Position numbers and translations under genes: made by a program
Assembly: GCA_012295275.1 (NCBI GenBank)
Contig: CM022673.1
Span: 29,512,001-29,576,000 of the forward strand
Length of the DNA stretch: 64,000 nucleotides
From: Chrysomallon squamiferum
Taxonomy: Eukaryota > Animalia > Mollusca
Reading direction: 5' to 3'
Notes under the pieces: model-generated
Seen by the model: the letters and a program-made list of their open reading frames with translations, nothing else
Databases searched by the model: none
What the model was told of the DNA's origin: nothing
Shown here: positions 1 to 14,190 of the stretch, piece after piece
Position numbering within the stretch: position 1 is the stretch's first letter
Layout of the letters: the number at the start of each line of letters is the position of its first letter

Positions 1-99
1 TACATCATTATTCTCTTCATTAAACCCAGGAATTTGGCTCAGATTGAGTTAGGTGTCAGTTCTACAAGTAAATCTCTGCTTCATGAACTGACTTTTTGT

Positions 100-277
<178 letters not shown>

Positions 278-2345
278 AAGAATACAAATGGAAAAATTTA
301 AAATAAAAGACTCATTTCTTCTTCATTTGTATTTCATCTATCCTTTTTTTTCAAATCTTATCTTTTAACTTTATTTTTGACAAGTGAATGTGCTGATAAA
401 TTAAGAATAACTAATATAATTTATTTAATATTTTTTTCTAACTTAAACACACTAAAATACTATTAATTCATACAATATCTTGCTGGCATTTAGATAATGA
501 CAGTTATGGCAGTAAATAATTAATCATCATAGATAATAACATTTTCCATTGTTATTTCAATTAATCTTTGAACTTAGCGTTGAAAATTAGATTACATTAG
601 GCACCTTTATTTCTTTTATGTATTTACCATTAGTTGGTAAGAAATTTTTCTAAATAGTTTAGTGGCTGAGATAACATATTTGCTCGCCAGTTCAAAAGAG
701 CAATTTGTCCAAATTAATGGTATACTCAGAGAGTTTATATAGGAGTGATATTTTGCAAGTTTCCACCAGAGATCTGTCCAAACATGCCTATGATGGACAT
801 GTACACAGAGTTATAAAACATCTTCAACTTTAACCACTATTAAAATTTATTCTTCATTGATTTTATTATTTATAAATAATTAAGAAAAGATATTAAAATA
901 TTATGGAAGTTAAAATATGTTCTATGCCAACTCTGTACATTGTTTTTAATCTTAATATTTTATGTTTTTTGTTTATCTGAAATGCCAGAGGTGTCATCTC
1001 AGATAAATATGTTTATCAAAGTATCATGTTACTGTATTATTTGTTGTATTTAGTTACTTGCTATTTACTTAAAGTGTGAAGATCTAATTAACATTTTGTG
1101 ATTGCTTTTAACACCATACAAATCCAATTTTATCAAATTTATATAATGTTTTTGTAAACATGAATTATACCAAAGTACTGACAACATTTGCTGTTAAAAT
1201 GTGCATGTATAAATATGCATACATAAAGCTAGGCAAACATATACACACACATGCATACACATACACATACACAACACAACATAACACACAGAGAAATACA
1301 CACAAAATTCTAAAAGCCAGTCAATGCAATATGTATTTTAGAATGATCAGATGAATAGGTAACAACACATCAACAAATAAATAAAGTGAAATAAATTAAA
1401 CAGAAAGTAAAATAAAATAAAATAAAATAACATAAAATAAAATAAAATACATTAAGAATATTTAACAACTAGATGTTAAACACTGTTAAATATATAATCA
1501 AAAATGCACCAGTAAAAGTTTCTTTATATATATAACACTAAGACAAATATACGACAAACGTGAGTTAATTCTGTACATGGCCCATCCAGTATCAGCTGTC
1601 AGAACACTAATGGATTCTGCCTGCCTGGTTAGTTTGGTGTGCAGCACTGCATGTGTTCACAGAATTAGTTTTACATCCTTACTAATTTCACACCTTGTTG
1701 AATGCGGGAGTTAATTTGCATGGACACAGGCTGATATATTCCCCGTGGTGCATCTGTCAGCGTACGACCATGTTGAGAGTTGATCAGAGTGCAGGTTCCT
1801 GCCAGTCACACTGCTGTGACTGGTGTTGTCATTTGACACTCGTTAAAACCAAATTAAAATGTTCATTAAAACCATGTTAAAATGTATGTTAAAATCCAGT
1901 TAAAATCAAATTAAAATGTATTATAAATGAAAACAAAAAACATTTAACTGCTTATTTCAGTTTCTGATGATGAATTAGTGAAAATATATAATGAAATATA
2001 ATTACATATCATGTTATTTCTTTTGAATATTATTATCACTTATTTGTTGTTTTCATTGTTATTACTACTACTACTACTGCTGCTGCTACTATTACTATTA
2101 TTATTATTATTTATAATGTCATTGCTATTATTATTGTTGTTGTAGTTCTTATAGTTTTTTCCATTCCAACCACTGCTCTGAATAGTTATGTTATACTGAC
2201 AGAAGATTCAGTCTCATAATCATCATCATACAAGAAAATAAGAAACTGGAAACTGTTAACAGTTAATATTAAAATATATTCAGATGCTATTTAACATTTA
2301 TTCATTTCCTAACAAAAAGTAAAATTTATTTGTTTTAATTTTCAG

Positions 2346-3718
2346 CTGTAATTTTGAAGTGTTTGATGTTTCAATCCTGCCTAATGTCAGCATTATCATC
2401 TCATTTCACAATGAGGCAACGTCAGTCCTACTACGCACAGTGAACAGCATCATCGCCAGGTCGCCATCGTCATTACTTCAAGAGGTTATTCTTGTTGATG
2501 ACAACAGCTCTAAAGGTAAAATTCAGATTGAATGAGATCTGTTAGATTGAATGACATCTGTTCCTTTTGGAACTGTTAGCTGTCTAAAAATTTTAAACAT
2601 TTAAAACATACTTTTATCTTTCAAGAGCATTTAAACTACAGTCATATCTTTGAAAACTGTTAATTGTCTAAAAAGTTTAGATATTTAAAACATTCATTTA
2701 TCTTTCAAAAGTATTTAAACTGTAAGTCATAATCTTTCAAAGCTGTTAACTGTTTAAGAAAAAAAGAGTACAAACACTTCAAAACTTTGAAATGTTTCTA
2801 AAACTCACCAAAAAAAAGCAGTTATTTATTTTTAAAAACAGAAATGGATAGTGTGTATTGAGATTTGTTGTTGAAATATGACTACACATTTTCACATGTG
2901 CAGCAGTTACAAATGTCTGCCCTGGTGCAGTATCTTCTTACCACACTTCATGTGAAATAATATTATTTCTACACAGAATTTTCACCCACATTTCACCAGC
3001 ATTTTATGTGGATGGAAGCTGAACTCATAGAATCATTAACAGATTGCTCAAATAATTTCTACATAAACAAACATGGTTCAGTGGTAAGAACTGGTTTAAA
3101 CAGTCATGCAGCTGGCAAAACATATTTGCTCAGCAGTCCAAATGAGCAATTTGTCAGGATGAATGCTGTATCTTGTGAAGTTATGAAATAGTCTTTGAAT
3201 TTTATCGCCATTAAAACTTCAGTATTATTGTTATTATTACTGTAAATGTGCATTTTTCATGACTGTTTCAGCTTTGTGAAAAAATGTTTTTATTTTTCTT
3301 CATGAGAAAGTTATTTTAATGGCGTATTTTTTAGCAAGTGTTAAATTTACATTTGTTAAATATTGTGTACAGTCATATGAGATGGATTCATTTTTTGTGA
3401 AAGTTTGTAACTTGTTTCAAAAGAAAGGTTGATAAAACAAAATTTTTGAGTTTATTTTTACATTAATAATATGCAGTTCAAATTAATATTAAAGACTAAA
3501 AAGTTATTTAAATCAGATACATGTCATTTCATGTTAATTAAAAATAAAATCTGTCCTTATTAATTTTGATATTTTTCACAAAGAATTGTGAAAATGTATA
3601 TACTTTCTAATAATTTAGAATATTTGTATTTGTAAAAAATCAAGTTTATTTTTATTGATTTTTGTAACTTATAAATGAAAATTTGCAAATGATCAATATT
3701 TTTATATAGCATTAACAA

Positions 3719-3750
<32 letters not shown>

Positions 3751-4982
3751 TGATGATAATGATTTTAAAAAATAATAAAAATGATAATAATGATAATAAA
3801 ATTGATGATGACAGTAATAATGATGACAACAATAATGGTTATGATGAAAATAATAACAATAACAACAACAACAACAATAATAATAATTGTAATAAAAATA
3901 ATCACTGGCATTGTAACATTAAATTATCATTGTTTCTGTCAGTGACTTCATGACAAAGGAAAATCATAAACAGTTGAGAAAAAACATTAAGCTGATTACT
4001 GAGAATATCAAATTTAAAAAGAAGGAATTAAAAAATAAAATTAAACCTTATCAAATTAAATATCAATTAATTTTGCTGGCACTCTTTCAATTTAATAAAA
4101 TTAATTAACTTAATTGGTACAAAATTTAATTATGCTTAATGCCATTTTTACAACTGTCAATATATAAATATATTTTATGATAGATTATGAATGATATTAA
4201 ATGTTATTTTATTGCCATCATGCAAAAAAATATATGTATATATGTTTTATATTAAATATTATTCTTAAATTCACAATTCTGAATAATACTAAATGTTATT
4301 TTATAGTCATCACTGTGAAAAAACAATTAGGTAAAATTACGAAATGTTATTTTTGACATCCCTTTACAAATGTATATAAATAGATATAATAACTTACTGA
4401 GTATGTATAGCATATGGGGTCTGAAATTTTGTATGAAAATAACAGATTTTGGGAAAAAACAGCACTTAATGAGGTAAAGCTGGCAATGAGTATACTGTGA
4501 AAACACATCTGTTTTGCAGGTATTATTGTATACACGTGTGTTTCACAGGATGTTATTGTACATGAAAATCTGGTAACTTGACTCATTTAAGAAACCCCAA
4601 AAAGTAAATGAAAGGAAGGAGAAAAAGAAATAATGAGAAATATGCTTTTGTTTATAATCTGGATGTACTCTATGAAACAGATTTCAAATCTTTCTGCCAC
4701 ATGAAAATATTATTATTTATTCCATTTTGCCACCCACATTAATCTGATTTTTTAAATATTTTATTTGGATTTTTTACACCAGTTATAAAATAATAATAAT
4801 AATATTAACAACAACAACAACAACACAAAAGAAAGATGAAAAATTAAGAAATATATTAAATTTGGTAAAAAATATATTAAATATTAAATATATATATTAA
4901 TATATTATTCATCAGTTTATATTGCTGTTGGTAGTTATCTTTTTAAAATAATCTATATTATAGAAAAAAATGAGTGAACACC

Positions 4983-5034
<52 letters not shown>

Positions 5035-8000
5035 TGTTCCAGTAGTCTTTCATTAATAAGTATTGATTCTTTATTCATAGATATAACATTCCTTCATAAA
5101 TGAATTCAGTTACTGATGGTTAAAAACTTCCCAGAAGATCACTTTTTTGTTTACTTCTCCACTTTCAGGTGCTGCTGCAGACAAGACATTTGACGATGCT
5201 GTCAGACTCTGGCCAAAGGTGACGCTGCTGCGGACAAAGCAGCGAGAGGGACTCGTTCGTGCCCGACTTCGCGGTGAGTGTCTGACTCATCCTCAGTCCT
5301 CTGTAATTAACAATTTGCCATTGGGCAATTTATTTCTTTTCTTCATCCTCGTTACCAATGGTGTATCTAATTTTTGGTATTGATTAGAGATGTGCTGATC
5401 AAAGCGTTTCGATCAATTAACATGTCAATAGATGGCCAGCATGGTTTCTTCAAGTAGACGTGGTCATGCTGTGCGACGATGAGGGATTATTTTGTTAATC
5501 ATGTCTCAGAGCTTGATGATGAACTTGTCAGCTTTCCAACAGGAAAACATCGTTTCATACTTTGTCAGCCTCTTTGTAATTCCAAAATCCTTTCTCAATA
5601 CATATAACAAAACAAAGAAGAAATCTGGTTTCTCGGTTTAGAGAGTTCACTTATAACGGAATTCATTTTTTTTTTTTTTTTTTTATGCCTCCACTTTTTT
5701 CTCCTTTTTTAAAAATACTTTTAAAAACAGATTTTTTTTTAAATCTGATTTGAGACTTTTTGGAATATTCATTTAAATTTTTAAAATAAAAGATTAAATT
5801 TTTTTTTATAAGTTCTCTTTATGTTGGGTTTTTTTTAGTATTTTTATTTACTTTTTTATTTTTTAACAAATATTTATAGATCACAAAACAAATAAATAAA
5901 AATAAAAAATATTTTCGTAAATTATTTATTTTATGTAGGAAATGTTTTTCACAAGCACAGTATGTTTGTATGTCTGTTTATGTCTTTGTTTCTGCTGATT
6001 CAGTGTGTTAAAAACAATAGAGATCTGTTATTTTGAGTTTCATCTGGTAAAACTATTTCACAAAATTATGTTAACCAACATTATGACAAAACTTAAATTT
6101 TAAATTACACACATTTTTATTTAAAATGAACTATATATATGTATGTATGTATGGATATTTGTATGTATGTATGTAGGGTGTGGATGTATATATGCATGAA
6201 TGTGTATGTATTATGTATATATGTATGTATGTATGTAGGTTTGGATATATGTATGTATGTGTGTATGTAGGTGTGGATGTGTGTGTGCCTGTTTGTGTGT
6301 GTACTTGTTTTTATGTGTCATACATTCATTTGTCTGCACTTTCCAATCTACACAGTTATGTTTATACTAATACAAATTAGTTTTAAAGATAAATACTCAT
6401 AAAAGTGTATACACATGCACACACACACACACTTACACACACACACACTCAATCAAACACACACATGTATACTTGTACAAACACAAAATACCACTAAAGG
6501 CAAATCACTTTAAACAATCTTTATTCATTCATTAATTGACCCTGACCACAGATGGAACTCAATCTGAGTTTTTCCACCCACAAATGAAATAGAGTGACCA
6601 CATCAGCACACACTGCAAGGCTAAGTCTTACAGTAGCCTGTAGTGATGTTTGGATGAACACTGCAGTGTGTTAGGTTGGTGATAGAGAGTGGGATCAGTA
6701 TGCTGCCATTATTAGCTGTTATTAAGCATCTGGCCCAGCCATTATTTGGTAATGAATAAAACAGTGTTTGACATTTTCAAATTGCTTGTTAACAGATCAA
6801 TACACTACTAGATTGACAAAGTAATTTGTGCAGCATTCACTCTCTCGCTGAAGCTTTTAGTTTTTACTGTGCTGCTGTTGGAGTTTATGTGGTCGTTTTG
6901 TAAAATAAGAGTTATGGTGCTTGAATATTCAGTTTAAAGTAATCTTGTTTTTTTTTGTTATTACTTATAATTACATTGAAAATGCATTCTTAATTATAAT
7001 GAATATATAAATATTATTTACTTAATTATTATGTTCTTAATTATGACAAGCATAGAAATATTAATAATTAAATTTTATTTAAATATATTTGTAATGGCAT
7101 AAATATTATGTTTCATCTTCCATATTACATCTGCTTAAAAATTATTTTAATAAAAAATTTCGAAAAATATATTTATTTTTTATAAAGTGATAAGAGACTT
7201 TTTTAATCATATAAACTTTATTTTAACAAATATAATGAATCTGTCATCACATGAATTCTCAGTAACAAAAAGTTACAAATTCATCTGACTTGAATTCGGA
7301 ATAAATCAAATTAACAACAGATTTTCTATTTAAAATTAATAACAAAAATGACAATATATGACATCTGTAAGCTAGCAAAATCCTTCCATTATTAACTAAC
7401 CCCCATCAAAAAAAAAAAAAAGATAATATTTCTTTTTCTTTTTGTGAAAAAAACAAAAATGACAAGTGAAATAATTTTTAATAATGACAGCTGGTGTCAT
7501 CACGGCAATGTCTCGTCGGATGTTTTTATCTAATTTGGCATTATTTAATTTTCTTCACTTTCCACGGAGACGTTTTCCCCCTCAGTTTAGTGACAGAAGT
7601 TAATTCACTTTTATTGCCTAAGTTAAGATTAGTTTTAAATCATATTATTATGCAATGCTGCCATTAACCCTTATGTCACTGTCATTAACAATGATGATTC
7701 CTGTGGGAAGTATCCTCACTATCAGGCCTGCACTAATTGGTGTGAAATGAAGAGGTCAGATGTAGAAGACACTTTTAAGATGAGTTCACAATTAAAGCAG
7801 AGTTTAAATTTTCACATCTTAGAGAACATTAATATTCATTTGTAATGTATTTTTTGTCATTTCACAAAATTGTTAAATGGACATCTAATTCTCATATTTC
7901 TGTATCATACTACACATTTTTATATTTTTAATTTTTTTTTTTTTTTGAGGGGGGTAATTTTTAAAAAATATTTTTGGTCATGTTTATTATAATGTTTGAT

Positions 8001-8605
8001 TTCTAATAAATATTTACATTTTCAGTAATTTGTAAAAAAAAAAAGAAAATCATTATATGAATTTTCAAATTATTAAATTATAACACTTACTAATAACAAT
8101 CATCAAACAAAATTTGAGGCATTTAAATTTTTTTTTAAATTCTCTTTTTAAGTTTTTACATTGTTAAGTTTGCATTATTTTTCATCATTATTCTGTCTCC
8201 AAAAACAGAGTGTAATGTAATATAATACAATATAATATAATATAATATAATAATTTAATTATTTATTTCAATAAAAACTTCATCAGCACAATTCCACATC
8301 ATTATCTTTGTACACTGTTATATTTTTAAATTCACAGTTAAAATGAAAATCATTTCTGGATCGTTTTTAATTTCACAGTGAGAGTAGAGAAAAATGACAG
8401 ACTCAGTTTGATGTGTTGTAGTGTTTTTTTAATTTTTTTATATTGATTACTAAAGCGCCTCATTGAAATCAGATTAAAACACATTATTTGTATTACGTCT
8501 GCTTTTGCATGACAATTTGCGACTGACAATAGTTGAGTCATCGTGAGAGAAATCTCATTTTGTAGATTAGTCCTTGTCATTAGCTGCTAGAGGTTTCAAA
8601 AAGAA

Positions 8606-8671
<66 letters not shown>

Positions 8672-10275
8672 CTGCTTGAGGCCTGAGGCATTCCAGATTT
8701 CTGGATTTTCCGGTTTTCTGATAATAAGGCATCTAAATATGTAAATAATTAGGCATACCCTTTTTATAATTAAAAACATAAAGAAAACTGACAATACACA
8801 ACTGCGGTGACTTGACACATAAACAATGTGGTGAGTGAATAAATGCCACATGGCTTGAAAGAGTAGTTCCGGTCTGGTGAGGACAACACCTGCGCGCAAA
8901 CTATGAAAATAGCATTGGGAAAAAACTTCCAGTTAATTGGTCCAGTACCTGTACTACTACTACTACTATTATTATTATTATTATTATATAAATTTTAAAA
9001 TACTTAAGTATTAACATACGTACCCCAAATAGGAATGTTTTATTTTGGTATACATCAAAATCTTTTTAATATTAATGAATATGGTTTTTTTGGAGATTGG
9101 TAAAAGGTTCATTTTTAAAACATCAGCAACTTAATGTAAGACATTTAGGATAGAGACAGACAGATGATATAGTTATAATGGACAGTATGGAAGAAAGGAA
9201 AATATGACAAAATTTTAATATTAAGTTATGTTTTATTTATATATATTATAATGGTTATTGGAAAATAAGGAAGGTAGAAATATTTTAATGTTGATGATGA
9301 TGATGATCAGCCAGTGAAAAAGAAATAATGTACATCATTACTGATAAGTCTACCCTTGTTGGGAATGGCAATAATATCCTTATGGCTTTAGATCCAGCAT
9401 CCTGTCATACCTCAGTCAAGCACTTTAACCACCAAGCTATGACCTAATTGAAAATTTCATTAACTTAAATTCTTACAGAGCTGCTATGTTTCACAGAGAC
9501 TCTCATCATTTGTGTATTAAATTAAAAAAAAAAGTTTTAATCTTCATCTTGATGAGATTATAATATTATAATTATTATTATTATTTTTTTAAATATAATT
9601 AAATATAATTGTCCAGATTATGCGATGGTTGGATGATCAGATGACTTGGATGTACAGAAATAATATTTTTGAATTAAACATTGATGCTGTTTTTAAATTG
9701 CACTGTCTTTCAAAACAAAATTTAATAGGTAATTTTTTAATTTAGAATTCATTTTTTATTTTTTGTGTTTTGTTTTAGTTACCTGTCAGTTTGACCAGAT
9801 TATGCTTGTAAGAAAACCCCCAAAAACCAAAAACCTAAAAACCAAAACAACATTCTTCATCAGAAATAATTTTTCATTTGGTGTAATTAATATTGCTACA
9901 AAAAATAAACATGACACAAGAGATACAGCTTCAAAAACATTGATATTAATGTTCCTGATAAAGGACTTAGATAAAAATGATGAATATGAAAATGATAATA
10001 ATAATAATAATAAATTAAAAGGCTTTATGCTTTCATTAAAACAAAAATAATTTGAAATGTTTTGAAATTAATGTTTTCCACTTTATGGACAGGTCATATA
10101 CAGAATTCACTTTTGCTAATCAGTTAGAGTGGCCCATGATGTGGCAACAATGGTTGTAAAGGAAAATAGCCAAATTGCTGTTCCAAAGAGGACAAATATT
10201 ATTTCTTCTACAAACATTATTAAGTACCAGCACCTGTTTATTTTATTTTTTTTTATTTTTTATTTTATGATTATG

Positions 10276-10332
<57 letters not shown>

Positions 10333-13300
10333 TTATATTATTATATTATTTTATATTATTATTAATACTTTTTTTTTTAAATTATTATTATTATTACAAT
10401 TATAACTCTTTTTTTTTGTCTGTTGAGTGTAAATGGAATTATCTTTTCAAAATGTTTGAAAACCAAATTGAAAAATTAGATGGAGGTCATACATGACATG
10501 TTTGCAAGCTTCCCACAAAAGCCGCAATGCGTTTGCTAAACAAGTAATGAGAATTTTACAGCTGCATTTTACAGGTTGTCTTCACATAAAACAATTGATT
10601 TCACTTGTGTATGATTGATTTACATCACAACCACTCTCTGCCTCAGCATGAGTCTGTAATTACATGTAGCTTGGCAAACATTGGACAATTTGCTTTTTTT
10701 TCTCTCTTTTTTTTCCAGTGTGAGAACATTTATTTTTTTATTAATTTTCATGAAAATAAATAATTTTATTGAGGTAATGATGTCATTAATGTCAGTAATT
10801 CAAACAGATAAAGAAATTGCAGACACTGAGTATGAAAATATTGAAAAATAGTATGAAGGAAGACTTTTTTTTTTCTTTGCTAATTTAGATAATTTAGCTA
10901 CTTAAATAAAGACATAAAAAGTGACATCATTGTTTGAAAATAGATATGAAAGATTAAAAAATATAACGGCAGTTAGGTTTAGGACTACATCATTAATTTA
11001 ATGACATACACCACAGTATGTTTTATAAATTTAATTTACATTAATCTTTAAATGTGCACTATTATCTGAAAACCAATAACATAATATTGATCATTTAATG
11101 ACTACCTTTCTGCTTATTGCATTAATCTTTAAATTGTATACTATCATACTTATCTGAAAACTGATAAGGCAATACTGATGATTTAATGACAGTCTTTTTC
11201 TTTATTTTAAAACATTAATTTGTATTAATCTTTAAATGTATACCATTAGACTTACCAGAAAACCAATAATACACTGTCGACCATTTAATGACAAATCATT
11301 TGTTTTACAATATTGTTTTAATGTGTATGGTATTACTGATGCCTGAAAATACAATAAAATATGTAGTCAGTAAAAGCTTCATTAGAGCAAATGGAGATTA
11401 GATAAAAGGTTAATTTGTAAAAGCTCAGTAACTTAATGTAGGATACAGACAGACAAACAGACAGATCAGGCAGTGATTGTAAAAGATAAGCCTTTTTGCT
11501 TAAAAGCTATTATTTTGGTAAGTGTTTAAGTTAGGTAAATGTCAACTTAAGAGTGGTCACGACAAGAACAGACACTTAAATCTTCTAGATTTAAATGTCT
11601 GTGGTTTAAGTGAAACATTTTTAAACAATAAAAGATAATAATAATAATAATGATGATGATGATTATGATAATGATTGTCATAATAAAACTAAAGCAGAAA
11701 TGATAATGATGACAGTTATGATAACAATACTGATAATCATGATGATAATGATAAAATGTAAAAACTAATAACAACAATATCAATTACAACCAAAACAATA
11801 AATAAATGAAAATAATAATGATGATAAATAAATATATATATATATATATATATTGGGGTTTTAAGCTAAAATTCTCAGTAATCGAAACAAAAATGTCTTC
11901 TAGTCTTTTTTGGCAATTCCAGTCTGCCAATCATTTTAATAATTTTTCAAATCTCTTTTTTTAAAATTTAGGTGCCTCTGAAGCTAAAGGATCAGTTCTG
12001 GTGTTTCTGGACTCTCACTGCGAGTGCAACACTCAGTGGCTGGAACCTCTGCTACAGGCTGTGGCAAGAGACAGGACAAAGGTTAGTGAGAGAGGCTTTG
12101 TTTTATCTTGTGAAACATCTTCAAGTACGACTATCATGGGCAGAATGTTTGATGTAAGATAAATGAAATGTTTTTGAGGCAGAAAGATAGGATAATTTAA
12201 ATAACAGTCAGAGGAAACTAAGTTTGTATGCACTCACACATACCCACACACATCTATACTCACATCCATACCTACCTATCTATATACATATGTAAACACA
12301 CATATACAAATATGTACATACATACATATGAATAAGTATACATATGCATTTATACACACATATACATAAACAGAGATCTTCATGCATACATAAAGCAGTA
12401 CTTGTATATTCTTTTTACTATTACCACTTTTTAAGAAACTTCAAATTATTTCCTCTTTCATTTCTAATTCATTTTCTACAACACAACTCATTTTGACAAG
12501 ATTACTGCATATTAATTAATTAGACTGCTGCATTATCAATGATTTACAGTTATCCTTTAAACCTGCTAATAAAACATGCATCAGCTAATTAACAACAATT
12601 GATTAAACGTCTCACATATCATTAAATAAACATTCTGATCATCTGGTTTACATCACCATGATGCCTGCTGAAGCTGCCTCCTGGGTTAAGTAATTGTGTT
12701 ACATCATACCCATGAGTCAGAAAGTTATATTTTATTTAACAGTCTACTCAACACATTTTAAATTTACAGCTTTATAGGGTCATCTACACTGACAAACTTT
12801 TAATCTATGGTTATGTTGGGTCATGTGTATGATTAAGGACAAAGAAAAAAAGAACAGATAATTAGGAGAGGAAACCTGATGCTACCTTGCACTGGACAAT
12901 TTTATTTTTTAATTAGCAGTAACGATTTTTTTGTCTATGCCTTTCCATAAACAGGAAACCATATATCACGGAATTTGAAAAACAAATTGTGGAGTTCTGG
13001 CAGGAATGGCAAATAGCAGAATAGTCTCACAGTAATAAAATGTAACCTGTAACACATCATACCACATTCACATACACACAGCCACTGAGCTACATCACCA
13101 GCTTGTGACTGATTTAGACTTCAGAAATGAAAAGACACAAAACACAATTAGAACTAATTGTAATTATGGTGAATGATATCAGATGACAAGATTCCTGCAC
13201 TTTCTGATATTGATCTCATGCTGGGGACAGACTTGGTGTGTTGACAAATTCAGTCATTTAAATATGATTTATGACCAGTGACATTCGGCCAAATGAAGCA

Positions 13301-14098
13301 TATTGCTCGAAATTCCTCCACTCCGGAATCTCCCATTTGCACCTGCTCTTTGTCCACAGGGATTTTCTAATTACATACAGCTGCTGCAATTTCCTTCATT
13401 ATCATCACTAGCTGTCATCAAATATGTATAGACAGTGAGTCAGAGAATTAATGAAACTTAATTGCTTGAACAATAGCGTAATTAGAACTGGTTTTAGGCT
13501 TCAGGAGGAGGAGGAGAAGAAATTGTATAACCACAGTTCATTTCATTTGCAATTTTCTCTTCACTCATTTACATTACATCAGCTACTGAATCTGCATCTC
13601 AGACTACTCTAGCCTGAATGGAAACAGATTTAAACTGAAATGATGACAAGTGAAAGAAGATATGGTCCTTATTTTTAATAACAAATATAATATTTAGGAG
13701 CAGTGTGTAGCAAGATCAACATGGTGGTAATAAAGGATGGATATAATGACTGCAACTTGAAGATTAAAATGCTAATTTCAGCTGCTTTGTTTGGTGAATG
13801 AATCTCAGAAGCACAGAGAATAAATGTATTAAAGGCTTTGTAAAAACTGTCCAGTAATTCATTATAAACAGTAAAACTCTTTGAGATTATTTATAAACTC
13901 AGCATTTGAACTAGACTTTCTTCTATCTCTCTTTCACCCTCTTTCTTTCTCTCACTATTTCTCTTTCACCCTCTCTCTCTCTCTGTCTCTCTTTCACCCT
14001 CTCTATCTCTCTCTCTGTCTCTCTTTCACCCTCTCTATCTCTCTCACTCTCTTTCACCCTCTATCTCTCTCTTTCACCCCTCTCTCTATCTGTCTCTG

Positions 14099-14190
<92 letters not shown>

